Shown here in pieces: positions 28,931 to 39,112 of a DNA stretch of 64,000 bases (within the stretch, counting starts at the first letter, position 1; each line of letters starts with the position of its first letter). The stretch is from Sedimentisphaerales bacterium (GTDB lineage: Bacteria > Planctomycetota > Phycisphaerae > Sedimentisphaerales > Anaerobacaceae). Location of the stretch: positions 4,416,001 to 4,480,000 of the forward strand of contig OY970194.1 in the NCBI GenBank assembly GCA_963708075.1, written 5' to 3'. The translations under genes were made by a program, and so were the position numbers. A model generated the notes under the pieces. The model searched no databases, was not told the DNA's origin, and worked only from the letters and a program-made list of their open reading frames with translations.

Positions 28931-29075
28931 ACAAGACCGCTCCTTTCTCTAATCTCGCAACGCAACAGAATGAAGTGTCCGCCCATGGAATTCTGAACTC
29001 CAAAGACGGTTGACGTTCCGCGGCCACAAGGGAGTCTCATCAAAGGTGCTGCATCAGGCCGTCCAACAAATGACC

Positions 29076-29104
29076 ATTCTACAAGAATCACTGCGGTGCG
29101 TCAA
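29076..29104 (-). promoter_or_regulatory. Sigma70-type promoter for the PEGA lipoprotein gene
   Basis: TTGACG-17bp-TAGAAT on the minus strand. Confidence 0.6.
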
Positions 29105-29106
29105 TA

Positions 29107-29362
29107 GGGTGAGGGGGCCGTGTCTTCATTGTTCATTATTCGGGAGCGGCGTAGGGCTCGTGGCACAACCGCCGGCACCGGCAAAGCGGGCACCTGTTCC
29201 AGGGACGCGGCTCATCCTCCGTGCCGGGTCAACGCCATCGGCAAGCTCCGAGGACTCCGCTTGCCGCTGCCACCCGGCATAAGTCTTGACTGTATAAGAG
29301 CGTACATCCACCTTCTGCTTATGCGTAAACACTCAGGGCCGTAAGTCCACGAACTACAAGGG
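29107..29362. repeat. About 250-bp direct repeat, copy 1
   Basis: Nearly identical to 30227-30475. Confidence 0.92.
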
Positions 29363-29438
29363 AATTCCGGCAATATCTTACTTATTTGGGTCTTAAATTG
29401 AGTATGGCGTCCCCAGATACCAACGCCTAACATGCGCC

Positions 29439-30060
29439 TTAAGGCCTTCCGTCCTCCGGCACTCGGAACTTGCGGTTGGGGTCCTTCATCGCGTCCTCTC
29501 GCGTCACTTGAATGCGCTCCGTCCATTTGGGATTGCCCGTCACATCTTCAATCCAGAACTGGACCGGAGCATACGGGTAGCTTGCCCCGAGGCCATACTT
29601 GAGAGCATAAGAATGACCGGCCGCGAACTCGTAAGCAAGGCGCACAGGCTCCTTCGTAAAGGTCATAGCGATACTGGGCTCACCACTGAAATACAGCACC
29701 TCAAGCACGTGCCGGCCGGGCAGCAACTCGACGAGCCCCACAGCCAGTCGGATGTCGGACACTATCTGCGGCATCCCATTGATTATCTTGGGGTGTGTGT
29801 GCGCTCCGAGAACCACCGTGAGGGTACGCCTCCTTGCGCGGGACCGGAGGCCTGAATCCTGGATGACCCTCAATAGAAACCAGCACGTTCCTCTGAACGA
29901 CCAGGTAGGAGATCTCAGAGAGAGGTTTTGGCGAGCCGCTGTAGCTTTGGTTGACTTCGTGATCGTTGAAGGCGCACCCGCTTGCCAACAGGACCAGGAG
30001 CAGCCAACCCCATAAGCTCAGAGTGCATCGACCGGCAGAGATGCGATTTGTCATATCCAT
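29439..30060 (-). pseudogene. Lipoprotein (DUF2057-like) split by a frameshift near 29850-29873
   Basis: Lipobox LASGC and YSGSPKPLSEISYL are in one frame; VELLPGRHVLEVLY..FAAGHSY is in another. Confidence 0.6.
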
Positions 30061-30162
30061 CGGGCTCCTAAGAGACACTGACGGGGAACTGAGCGTCTAA
30101 GCCACATTTGTTATAGTCATTTCCCGGCCCCCAAAGCTGTCACGCTCGGCTTGGCCAGCAGT

Positions 30163-30191
30163 ATTGTAGTCAAGATTCGGGCTTTGGACAA
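30163..30191 (-). promoter_or_regulatory. Sigma70-type promoter for the lipoprotein gene
   Basis: TTGTCC-17bp-TACAAT on the minus strand. Confidence 0.5.
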
Positions 30192-30226
30192 GGCGAAAAA
30201 GTGAATAGTGCGTGAGGGGGCCGCGG

Positions 30227-30475
30227 GGGTGAGGGAGCCGTGTCTTCATTGTTCATTATTCGGGAGCGGCGTACGGCTCGTGGCACAACCGCCGGCAAAG
30301 CGGGCGTCTGTTCCAGGGACGCGGCTCATCCTGCGTGTCGGGGCAACGCCATCGGCAAGCCCGAGGACTCCGCTTGCCGCTGCTACCCGGCATAAGTCGT
30401 GACCATATAAGCGCTTACATCCACCTTCTGCTTATGCGCAAACACTCAGGGCCGTAAGTCCCCGATCTACAAGGG
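30227..30475. repeat. About 250-bp direct repeat, copy 2
   Basis: Nearly identical to 29107-29362. Confidence 0.92.
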
Positions 30476-30688
30476 CTTTCAGGTATTTTCACCGTCTAAC
30501 TTAAATCCATGCAACAATCGGGTCCGGCGAGCGTCTCTAGTATATGGTCTGTAGACCAGCTCTCAAATCAAGAATCAAACATCACAAATCAAACGTCAGA
30601 AATCGAAAATCGAAGCCCATAAATCCGGGAGAAGGCGGCAGGCTGGAGGCCGGAGACCGCAGGCGGGAGGCAACTACCAACATGGCGT

Positions 30689-31460
30689 GCAAAACAAAGC
30701 CAATTGGGCAGGCCGGGGCCCTGGGAGTGCGGAATACGGAATGCGGAGTGCGGAATCGAGGCGAGGAGCGGGTGAGCGAGTCTGCGAAACAAACCCAATC
30801 TGGTGGGGACCGGCGAATGCGGATTAGAGAATCATGCAAAACAAAGCCAATCCGGTGGCAGGCCAGGGCCCTGGGAGTGCGGAATACGGAATGCGGAGTG
30901 CGGAATGAAGGCGGGGAGCGATAGATGAGTTTGCGGAACAAAGCCAATGGCCGGGGACGGGCCCCGGACAACAGGCCGGGCGAGTGTTGGGCACAGCGCA
31001 TCCTACACGAGGACCGACGTATGAAACAAAGCCAAACTTGGGCGGGATGGGGCACTTGGGGGAGGGGACATTGCGTGCGGGGTGGTTCGGCGACGCGGCG
31101 GAATCCGCGAAACAAAGCCAATTTGGCGGGCGGGGCCCTGGGAATGCGGAGTGCGGAATGCGGAATGAGAGGCAGGGGTCGGGGACCAGGGACCAGGCGG
31201 TGGCGACGTTCGGTGGAGGGCGGATGGATGAGTTTGCGAAACAAAGCCAATGTGCCGGGGACCAGCCGCCGGGTCAGGGGAGCCACACGGCAGATCGCGA
31301 AACAAAGCCAATTTCGACAATCCAGCAGTCACAGGCGGAGGGTCAGGTCTGCGAAACAAAGCCAATGTGCCGGGGGGGCGGAATAACTGTAACCACTTAT
31401 GCAGAAAAGAGTTATGAGCGAACCGCATCGGTCCTGTCTGGAGAGAAACAAAGCCAATTT
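30689..31460. repeat. Array of ten GCGAAACAAAGCCAAT-like direct repeats with variable spacers
   Basis: Copies start at 30689, 30784, 30836, 30933, 31021, 31107, 31236, 31297, 31351 and 31443. Confidence 0.9.
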
Positions 31461-31546
31461 GGGGCGTGGGCCTGTCTGCCCGGCCTGTGCGGCGGGGCGG
31501 AGGATGCCACGGGGCTGTCGCGGGGAGGAATTCGGCGCGGGATGCA

Positions 31547-31574
31547 TTGACAAGCCTTGCGGCGTGGTTACCAT
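31547..31574 (+). promoter_or_regulatory. Sigma70-type promoter
   Basis: TTGACA-16bp-TACCAT, about 60 nt before ATG 31635. Confidence 0.55.
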
Positions 31575-31634
31575 GGGTGGATGGGAACGTAAGCTCTGTC
31601 ATCATTCTTTTTCAAGTACTGGAGGTACAAGACC

Positions 31635-32306
31635 ATGAGAGCTGTATGTGCAGGTATGTTGCTGATGGCGATGGCTGTTGCGGGTTGTGCGTCGAGCAGC
31701 GGCGAGAGCTATGCCGCCGTCGGCTACAACTTCGGTGGCCTCGACAAAGTGGCGATCATCGAGGTCACCGGCCGCGTCTATGGCGACGCCGCCAAGAACC
31801 AGATCGCCAACATGTTCGTGATGGAGCTGATGAAAAAGGGCTACACCGTCGTCGAGCGCTCCCAGGTGAAGGCCCTTCTGAAGGAGCAGGAATTCCAGGC
31901 GTCGGATCTCGCCAGCGACCAGGGCGCCGCCAAAGCAGGCCAGATCCTCAACGTGCCCGCCGTCGTGATGATCGACATCCCCAAGTACGATAGTCAGAAG
32001 ATGAGCATGTCGGCCAAGATGATCGACGTGGAGACGGCCGCCATTCTGTGGATCGGCAACGGGGACGGAAACACCGGCAAGACGGCCGCCACGATCGTCG
32101 GGGCCGTCGCAGGCGCCGCGGCAGGCGTTGCGCTGGGCGGCGGTGATACCAGCGACAGGGTGGCCGGCGGTATCATCGGCGGCGTGGTCGGCGGCGTGGC
32201 CGGCAACATGCTGTCGCCCGACCAGGTGAAGGTGGTCAGAAAAGTCGTCACCAAGGTCGCCGAGAGCCTGCCCCCGAGAATCCCTCAGGTCCAGGCAAAG
32301 AAGTAG
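31635..32306 (+). CDS. Lipoprotein with CsgG/LpoB-like alpha/beta fold and glycine zipper
   Basis: RBS GGAGG; lipobox VAGC; VVERSQV..LLKEQ, AKMIDVET..ILW; GAVAGAAAG..GGIIGGVVGG. Confidence 0.8.
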   Translation: MRAVCAGMLLMAMAVAGCASSSGESYAAVGYNFGGLDKVAIIEVTGRVYGDAAKNQIANMFVMELMKKGYTVVERSQVKALLKEQEFQASDLASDQGAAKAGQILNVPAVVMIDIPKYDSQKMSMSAKMIDVETAAILWIGNGDGNTGKTAATIVGAVAGAAAGVALGGGDTSDRVAGGIIGGVVGGVAGNMLSPDQVKVVRKVVTKVAESLPPRIPQVQAKK

Positions 32307-32385
32307 GACTAAGCGCGACACATAGACAGAGCAACATACGCAAACAATGGCCAGGGCTGAGAGTCGCCGCGATTCTCAGCCTTGT

Positions 32386-32745
32386 TCATTTTGTGGCGTT
32401 CTGCTCGCCGGGGCGAAACGGCAGCGGCTCCGTGAATTGCATCGTGACCCGCCGCAGGGCGTGGTTGACGCCATCGACCCGGCAGACCTGGCCCGCGCGG
32501 ATGAAGTCCACCATGTCGAATGAATCATCCTCGCCGTACTGCGGGACGCTGAACCGGGCTGTCAGGTGCTGGCCGGGATGCGGGCATCGGTCATCCGCAT
32601 AACAGGTGAAGGCGGCCGCCTCGCTCGAAACGTCCGCCATCTGCCCCTGGGACAGTTCGCCCTGGAAATCTTCGGCGAACCAGATCGGCCACTGGTAGCT
32701 CAGCCGCTTCTCCGTTCTTCGTTCACTCGTCGCATTCATGTTCAT
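32386..32745 (-). CDS. PilZ-domain protein
   Basis: ERRTEKR (RxxxR) followed by DVSS (D/NxS); G.V.RV near the C-terminus. Confidence 0.75.
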   Translation of the reverse strand: MNMNATSERRTEKRLSYQWPIWFAEDFQGELSQGQMADVSSEAAAFTCYADDRCPHPGQHLTARFSVPQYGEDDSFDMVDFIRAGQVCRVDGVNHALRRVTMQFTEPLPFRPGEQNATK

Positions 32746-32850
32746 GGCCTCTCGGTACTCACACGGACTTCTATCACATCGAGAGACACATCGGCCGGTC
32801 CCGCGTCCGACTTAACCACTGGCAATGGGATTCCGGAGCAGGCATTGATT

Positions 32851-33128
32851 GGGTGGCACCGCCAAACTCGTTTGACGGTGCTGATTCGAGTGGGTCTGAC
32901 CATTCGGGACCCCACGGGCAAACGAGTTTGCCCGTGCCACCCGGCATCATCCAGACCTCAACGAATCATGTGCCGAGGCTGGGTGCCATGCTTACGCTTG
33001 CGTAAGCATGCCTCTCCCCGTGGAACTCACGCATGGCTGCGCAAGCGTAGCCATGGCACCCGGCCACTGCCGCCCACCAGATTAGGATGGTCGGTGTAGA
33101 TTGGGAAGGTGTGCGGTGCACGCCCTAC
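32851..33128. repeat. REP cluster between PilZ and murD: 'empty' outer element 32851-32942, CATGCTTACGC doublet 32981-33061, GTAG half 33108-33128
   Basis: Direct matches to the arms at 18537/18790, 5696 and 34541. Confidence 0.85.
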
Positions 33129-33145
33129 AAGCCACGAGATGTGAA

Positions 33146-34525
33146 TCACTTGCCCAGGCGTTGCACGAGTTCGGCGAAGAGGCGGCCTCGCTGCTGATAG
33201 TTCTCGAACATGTCGTAGCTGGCACAGGCCGGGCTTAGAAGCACGACGTCCCCGGGCACGGCGAGCCGATTGGCGAGCTCGACCGCTTCCGCCAGTGAAC
33301 CGGCGAATTGCACATCGAGGCGACGACCATTCTCGGACGCAGCCTGGATGGCATCGGCGATCTGCCTGGCGGTCTGGCCGATCAGGATAGCGGCCTTCGC
33401 GCTGCCGGCGATCTTCCTTCCCAGCTCGTCGAATGGCGTGTGCTTGTCGTACCCGCCCGCGATCAGGATCTTCGGGCACTCAAAGGCGGCCAGGGCCACC
33501 ATCGTGCCCTCGGGCGTGGTAGCCTTGGAATCGTTGTACCAGCGAACGCCGTTCTTGTTGCCGACCAGTTGAAGGCGATCCGGCAGCGCCTTGAACTCGG
33601 CCAGGCAATCCCGGATGGATTGCTCGGTGGCTCCGAAGGACCTGGCGATCTTCATCGCGGCCGCGAGATTCGACAGGTTGGCCCGGCCGGGCAGAGCGTA
33701 AACAGCCTGAAGCTCATCGCTCACATCATCCGCACAGAATTGCAGGCACCTCCGGCCCCGCTGCTTCTGATATTTGCGGAACCATGTGCGGGCGACCTCG
33801 TCCTCGGCGTTGAAGATGGAGATCGCCGGACTCGCCGCATCGAGGGCTTGGAGTTTGAACAGGCCCTCTTTCGCAGCGCAGTAGGCCTCGAATGTACCGT
33901 AGCGATCCAGGTGGTTCGGCGTGAGGTTCGTCAGAAGCGAGACCTTCGGCGCTTTTCGGACCTCCAGCAACTGCTCGATCTGGAAGCTCGATATCTCCAG
34001 CACGACCAAGTCGCGGGGCGTGATTTGATCGAGGATGGTCAGCAGAGGCCGGTCGCCGATGTTGCCGCTGAGCCAGACCTTCTCATAAGCACCGGGCGAA
34101 CTCTGGGGCCTTGCCCTCTCCAGCAGATGAGCCGTGAGAGTAGTTGTCGTGCTCTTGCCGTTGGCGCCGGTGATTCCGATAATCGGCGCGGGGCAGGACT
34201 GAAAGAACAGCCCGATCTGCGAAGTCACGGTCCTGCCATTCCGGCGGGCAATCTGGAGAAACTCGTTGTTCGGCGGAACCGCCGGGTTGGCGACGACCAT
34301 GTCGGCGGTCGCGAAGTCCTCCGCATCGTGCCGGCCGAGATGGAACTCGATGCCCGCCAGATCGGACACCTGCCCGATGGAATCCTGCAACTTCTCCTCG
34401 GTCGCCTTGTCCGTAACGACCACGCGCGCCCCGGCACTGGCCGCGAACCGCACGGCATCCACGCCCCCACCGAACCGCCCCAGCCCCATCACCAGAACCT
34501 TCTTACCAGTCAGCGTCATGCTCAT
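33146..34525 (-). CDS. murD: UDP-N-acetylmuramoyl-L-alanine--D-glutamate ligase
   Basis: GLGRFGGG, GITGANGKSTT, LEISSFQ, NLTPNHLDRY, YNDSKAT, LLSPACASYDMF.NY..RG. Confidence 0.95.
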   Translation of the reverse strand: MSMTLTGKKVLVMGLGRFGGGVDAVRFAASAGARVVVTDKATEEKLQDSIGQVSDLAGIEFHLGRHDAEDFATADMVVANPAVPPNNEFLQIARRNGRTVTSQIGLFFQSCPAPIIGITGANGKSTTTTLTAHLLERARPQSSPGAYEKVWLSGNIGDRPLLTILDQITPRDLVVLEISSFQIEQLLEVRKAPKVSLLTNLTPNHLDRYGTFEAYCAAKEGLFKLQALDAASPAISIFNAEDEVARTWFRKYQKQRGRRCLQFCADDVSDELQAVYALPGRANLSNLAAAMKIARSFGATEQSIRDCLAEFKALPDRLQLVGNKNGVRWYNDSKATTPEGTMVALAAFECPKILIAGGYDKHTPFDELGRKIAGSAKAAILIGQTARQIADAIQAASENGRRLDVQFAGSLAEAVELANRLAVPGDVVLLSPACASYDMFENYQQRGRLFAELVQRLGK

Positions 34526-34540
34526 ACCGTCACTGCCCTT

Positions 34541-34600
34541 GTAGGGTGTGCATCGCACACCTTTCCGATCCCAAGCCTTTGGTGTGCGGTGCACACCCTA
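34541..34600. repeat. GTAG-type REP doublet between ubiE and murD
   Basis: gtagggtgtgcatcgcacacc ... ggtgtgcggtgcacaccctac. Half copies near 33108 and 61212. Confidence 0.88.
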
Positions 34601-34603
34601 CAT

Positions 34604-35341
34604 TCAAGCCTTGGTGCCTTTATAAATCGAGGCGACACCGTGCGTCAACGGGATGACCGATATGTCGTGAAAACCGGCTTCCTGCATCAGACGGCAGAAT
34701 TCGGCCGGCTGCTGGAAGCCTTCTATGGACTCGTTAAGGTATTGGTATGCGTGCCTGTCTCCCGAGACCAACGCACCGACGAACGGCACGGCCAGCCGCA
34801 GGTAACGCAGGTAGAACCATCGCATCACGGGGCACGCCGGCAGGGAGAATTCCAGGATCAGGGCGGTCCCGCCGGAATTGAGAACGCGGTGGATCTCGCG
34901 AAGGGTCGCGGCGGCGTCGGCGGTGTTGCGAATCCCGAACGCCATCGTCGCCGCATCGAATGTCCCGTCTGAAAACGGCATCTTCGACGCATCGGCGCAC
35001 AGGAGCCTGGCGCGATCGATGAGTCCGCGTTTGCGGAGCTTCCCCCGGCAGGTCGCCAGCATGTTCTCGGAGATGTCAAGCCCCGCGGCCTCCGTTATGT
35101 TGGGACGCTCCCGGAACAGGGTGATCAGCATGTCGCCTGTCCCCGTTGCCAGGTCGAGGACTTTGAGGTCCCGGCTCGGGTCGAGCTGCCGGACCGCCTT
35201 GCGGCGCCAGGAGAAATCCCGCCCCAGGGACAGAAGATGGTTCAGAAGATCGTATGTCGGCGCGATGCGGTCGAACATCCGCCCGACCGACGGCTCAGCG
35301 AGGCGTACGGCATCGCTTGCGGTGGGAATGTCCTTACACAT
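34604..35341 (-). CDS. ubiE: Demethylmenaquinone/ubiquinone C-methyltransferase (UbiE/MenG)
   Basis: MFDRIAPTYDLLNHLLS.G.D..WR, LDLATGTGD, AFGIRN, LEFS, AYQYL.ESI. Confidence 0.92.
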   Translation of the reverse strand: MCKDIPTASDAVRLAEPSVGRMFDRIAPTYDLLNHLLSLGRDFSWRRKAVRQLDPSRDLKVLDLATGTGDMLITLFRERPNITEAAGLDISENMLATCRGKLRKRGLIDRARLLCADASKMPFSDGTFDAATMAFGIRNTADAAATLREIHRVLNSGGTALILEFSLPACPVMRWFYLRYLRLAVPFVGALVSGDRHAYQYLNESIEGFQQPAEFCRLMQEAGFHDISVIPLTHGVASIYKGTKA

Positions 35342-35403
35342 GCAACATCCTGAGCGAATCGTGGATGACCCTTGAACTCACAGGGCGATAAGATCGACCG
35401 GGA

Positions 35404-36357
35404 TCATCCGAGCTTCGATTCCATCGCCTTGGCCAGGTCTATTTTCGCATCGATGACCGCCTGCTCGATGCACTTTTTCCAGTCGTCGCCGAACTCGTCC
35501 TTGTACTTCGGCTTTTCGTAGGCGTAGATGATCGAGCGGGACGCGTTGATCAGGGCGCCCATGCCATCGGACTTGCAGAATCGGATGCAATCCACGGCCT
35601 CCGCCCCCTGCGACCCGTAGCCGGGCACGAGGAACCAGGTCTTGTCGTATTTCGTCCGCAGCGAGGTGCTCGCCTCGGGGGCCGTGCCTCCGACGACCAT
35701 GCCGATGTCACTGTAGCCTTGCTCGCCCATGTGCTCCGGCCGGCTGCCGATCCTGTTGACGACCTCCGCCATTTTCTCGTAGAACGTCTGTCCGTCTTCG
35801 CCTTTGAAGTCCTGGAGCTCCGCCGCCGAGGGATTACTCGTTCGCACGAGCACGAACAGGCCCTTGCCCTCTTCGGCCGCCATCTTGGCAAACGGCTCGA
35901 TCCCATCGACGCCGGCGTAGCCATTGACCGTGATCGCGTCGGGGGCCAGCACATCCTCCATGCCCGTCAGCTCGGAGTTCTGCAGATGGGCCGCCGCGTA
36001 CATCTCCGCCGTGTGCCCGACATCACCCCGCTTGACGTCGCCAATGATCTCCAGCCCGAGGTCATCGGCCTCGCTGATCAGGGCGTAGTAGGATTCCAGG
36101 CCCTCCCAGAGATATTTTTCGAAGAAGGCGATATTGATTTTGACGGCGGGGACCATCGGCGCGACGACCCGCATGACCTGCGTGCAAAAATCGAAGATGG
36201 CATCCACGGCCGCGGCGGCGTCGTACTCGTCGTTCATCTGGCGATGCCCGCGGATAGCCGCAGGCAGCCGGCTGTAAATGGGGTCCAACCCGATCACCAG
36301 CGACGTCTTCTTCGTTTCAACGGCTGCGCACAGCCGATCTGAAAAATGGCTCGCCAT
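35404..36357 (-). CDS. pyrF: Orotidine-5'-phosphate decarboxylase
   Basis: IGLDP, K.NIAFFE, DVKRGDVG.T, LVRTSNP, LVPGYGSQG, NASRSI. Confidence 0.95.
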   Translation of the reverse strand: MASHFSDRLCAAVETKKTSLVIGLDPIYSRLPAAIRGHRQMNDEYDAAAAVDAIFDFCTQVMRVVAPMVPAVKINIAFFEKYLWEGLESYYALISEADDLGLEIIGDVKRGDVGHTAEMYAAAHLQNSELTGMEDVLAPDAITVNGYAGVDGIEPFAKMAAEEGKGLFVLVRTSNPSAAELQDFKGEDGQTFYEKMAEVVNRIGSRPEHMGEQGYSDIGMVVGGTAPEASTSLRTKYDKTWFLVPGYGSQGAEAVDCIRFCKSDGMGALINASRSIIYAYEKPKYKDEFGDDWKKCIEQAVIDAKIDLAKAMESKLG

Positions 36358-36579
36358 AACCAATAATCCTTCCTTTCGTTACCTCCGTTAACAGTTCGAC
36401 GGCACGAGCCTACGACAATCTGTTCGTGCCGCCAACGATTTCGCCGCTTTCAAGTACGGCAACAAAACTCTTTCGATCAACCGTTCCACTCACTATAATC
36501 GCGTTCGCCGTACCGGGCAAGATAGATTTTCGCCCGGCAACGTGGTTTCCGGAAAAGTAATTTGCCGCCAGGGCTGGTC

Positions 36580-37263
36580 GTGGAAAAGCGAAAAAAATCC
36601 AGGCGCAGGAAACTCCTTATCTGGCTGGCCGTCGATTTGGCCGTAGCGGCGGTGGTCATCGGCCTGCTCGTCTACAGGCCATCCCGCTATCATCCGGTGG
36701 CCCCTGCCCCCAACTCCGACGGCGAAACCGTCCATCCCTATCTGCACCGGGACCTGGCCTCCACGTTCTACAACAAGGCCCAGGAGCGGCGTCCCTTCGA
36801 GATGGCGGTGCTCGATCAGAAGCTCAACGAGGCCATCGCCGACAAGAAGTGGCAGTCCGAGGGCGTCTTGCTCTCGTCACCGCAGGTGCTCTTTGCCCCC
36901 GGCCGTGTCGTCCTGATGGGAATGGCCGACGTCGAAGGAGCGGGATTTGTCGTGACGATCGAGTTGGCGCCAAAGATGAACGAACAGGGATACCTCGATC
37001 TGGCCATCGAGAAGGTCAAGGTCGGGGCCATGAACGTCACTCCGCTGGCCAAGATGATGGCGAGGAAGATGTACCAGGAACAGATCGGCACGGGCGCGAT
37101 CGATATGGACAACCTGGCCACGAAGATCGTGGCGGCACTGCTGACCGGACAGCCGTTCGAGCCGCTCCTCGAACTGGATGGCAAGTGGGTCCGGCTAAAA
37201 AGCTTCGACATCACCCAGGGCAAGCTCACCACTCAATTCATCCCCGCCAAGCCGCACAGGTGA
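36580..37263 (+). CDS. Membrane-anchored hypothetical protein
   Basis: Basic N-terminus plus one TM helix; host-like codon usage. Confidence 0.72.
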   Translation: MEKRKKSRRRKLLIWLAVDLAVAAVVIGLLVYRPSRYHPVAPAPNSDGETVHPYLHRDLASTFYNKAQERRPFEMAVLDQKLNEAIADKKWQSEGVLLSSPQVLFAPGRVVLMGMADVEGAGFVVTIELAPKMNEQGYLDLAIEKVKVGAMNVTPLAKMMARKMYQEQIGTGAIDMDNLATKIVAALLTGQPFEPLLELDGKWVRLKSFDITQGKLTTQFIPAKPHR

Positions 37264-37331
37264 CAAGCGGCTCAGATCAGCAAGACAAGAGGACCCATAA
37301 GACTCATTGGACTTATAGGCTCAGCGACTCT

Positions 37332-37511
37332 ACCCCTGTCAAGGTGGGTGTAAGCCGTTACGCATTCAAGACTTATGATGGGTGGCAGCGGCAAGCGCAG
37401 CTTGCCGATGGCTCGTGGGATGCGCGCCAACGCCATCGGCAAGCTCCGAGGACTCCGCTTGCCGCTGCCACCCGTCGCAGAACGTTAGCGTAGATCCACC
37501 TTGACAGGGGT
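37332..37511. repeat. Nested element: ACCCCTGTCAAGGTGG / CCACCTTGACAGGGGT arms around a 94-bp GGGTGGCAGCGGCAAGC doublet (37380-37473)
   Basis: Perfect outer inverted repeat. The 94-bp core recurs at 44454-44547 and 47970-48063. Confidence 0.88.
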
Positions 37512-37514
37512 GGC

Positions 37515-38480
37515 TCAGCAACTCGACGGGACCATATGGCGGGTCCTGAGCACCACGCGAGGATCGACTTCATACGGCAGGACCCCTGTCCCGATACAGA
37601 CACGTTGCCTGCCCCCGGATAGCTCCAGGACCCTGTCAATCTCCTTGCGGATCGACTCGTCGTCCCCCGCTATCAGCGGTCCGGGGTTCATGTTGATCCG
37701 CACCATGACCTGCGGCCAGGCTTCCATCTTCGCCATGAACGCCTGCTGGTCCGTCTCCGAAGGACAGCACACGTAGCCGGTTCCCGTCTCCATGATGGCC
37801 TCAACAATCGGCGTCGTGTCGCCCCCCATGATGAAGGCCGGCGGCGAGCCCGTGATGGCCGCCACGGCCTGAAGCATCACCCGCAGAGCCGGCAGCTCAA
37901 CCGCACGGAATTGCGTAGGCGATAGCAAGGGAGGCGCTGCGGCGGATTCAAAGAGAGCGATTCCGAGGCCCCGGGCCGTGATGGCTCGGCACAGATGAAT
38001 CTGACCCTGCACAAGATGAAGCAGGACCGCTTTGATCCTGTCCGGCTGGGTCGCGACAACGAGTAGAAGATCCTCCAGGCCAAGCAGATTTGCTGCCACG
38101 GAGAACGGACCGGCCACCGGCACCCGCACATCCGCATCGGGACAGGCCCGGGCCACCGCCTGCGCAGCCTCCAGGATCATCGGCACACGGCCGGCGGTCT
38201 CCGGATCGAAAGGCCGCAACCGCAAAAGGTCGTCCACCTTCGAACATGGAAACTGGGTAATCGCCGGGATGCCGTGCCCGGACGGTCGCTGCACCGTGGC
38301 CCCGTACGCTTCCGCCTCGAGATCATAGATGTCGATCCCGACGACAACCGGCCTGTGACGATACAGCCGATAGGCCTCGATGTGCCCTTTCACAAGCAGC
38401 GTGCCGTCCCGCGACACCTCCCACGGCGTCCGCCCAATCATGCGAGCGGCATGCTCATACACGGAAGGACAAAAATCCAT
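37515..38480 (-). CDS. Uroporphyrinogen decarboxylase / MtaA-like methyltransferase family protein
   Basis: LEAEAYGA, GRVPMILEA, VAGPFSVAANLLG, LLSP.QF, INMNP. Confidence 0.82.
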   Translation of the reverse strand: MDFCPSVYEHAARMIGRTPWEVSRDGTLLVKGHIEAYRLYRHRPVVVGIDIYDLEAEAYGATVQRPSGHGIPAITQFPCSKVDDLLRLRPFDPETAGRVPMILEAAQAVARACPDADVRVPVAGPFSVAANLLGLEDLLLVVATQPDRIKAVLLHLVQGQIHLCRAITARGLGIALFESAAAPPLLSPTQFRAVELPALRVMLQAVAAITGSPPAFIMGGDTTPIVEAIMETGTGYVCCPSETDQQAFMAKMEAWPQVMVRINMNPGPLIAGDDESIRKEIDRVLELSGGRQRVCIGTGVLPYEVDPRVVLRTRHMVPSSC

Positions 38481-38500
38481 ATCGTCCGTTCTCTCTCTTC

Positions 38501-39112
38501 CTACGCGCTCGGTGGAAGCGCCGTCAGCAGGCGGGCAATCTCACGGTAGCACTTGTCAAACGAATCCGCACGCCGTGCAGCTTGCATATCAAAATCGTTG
38601 GTCAAAGCGGGCTGGTCGATTGTTGGATTGTACGGTCTGTTCCGCGGCATGTGATCGCTGAGCCACTCCTTGGCGCCACGAATGCGTTCAGGGTCCGGAT
38701 CAGCAGTCAAATCTGCAGCAAGACCCCGGCTTCCGCGTAAGGACTCCGCTGCGGCAATGAACCACGCCTCGTATTCCTTGTTAGCCAGCACCACCGATAT
38801 CTCCATGTCGGGCCGGGCACGCCGGGCGCGATTGAGCCAGACCGGGGCATCGTTCTTCGGGCAACCGTTAGGCCAATCGCAGTCTATCAGAATAAAAATC
38901 CCCCCGCGTCTGCCGACGCTTCGAGCCGCAAACTCAACATGCTTCTCAAGCTCACCCGCTTTCGACAGGCGACTCTCCGCGACCCGTAGGACTGGCCTCA
39001 CTTGTACGATCAGACTTTGGTCAAGAGCACGTGCGATTCGACGAAACAAAATCGGGAGTGATTCTACTTCGCCGTGCCCGCCTACAATGGCCGCTACGCG
39101 AATCTCGCTCAC
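38501..39112 (-). CDS. DUF4276-family (TOPRIM-like) protein
   Basis: IVxGHGE..LP, ILIDCD..CP, EYEAWFIA, DPE.IRGAK.WL, Y....DQ. Start overlaps the ATPase stop (GTGA). Confidence 0.82.
   Translation of the reverse strand: MSEIRVAAIVGGHGEVESLPILFRRIARALDQSLIVQVRPVLRVAESRLSKAGELEKHVEFAARSVGRRGGIFILIDCDWPNGCPKNDAPVWLNRARRARPDMEISVVLANKEYEAWFIAAAESLRGSRGLAADLTADPDPERIRGAKEWLSDHMPRNRPYNPTIDQPALTNDFDMQAARRADSFDKCYREIARLLTALPPSA

Noticed and set aside
30689..31460. CRISPR array
   Set aside because: The repeat is only about 16 bp, spacer lengths vary widely and spacers repeat each other; no cas genes are in the window.
30544..31638. Overlapping ORFs with NKAN/KTKP/KQSQ peptides
   Set aside because: The motif appears in all frames; these are translations of the DNA repeat array.
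34526..34594. N-terminal extension of MurD in the ORF track (similarly PckG, GuaB, GH28 and 62659)
   Set aside because: The extensions are translated REP or UTR sequence; downstream starts fit the family N-termini.
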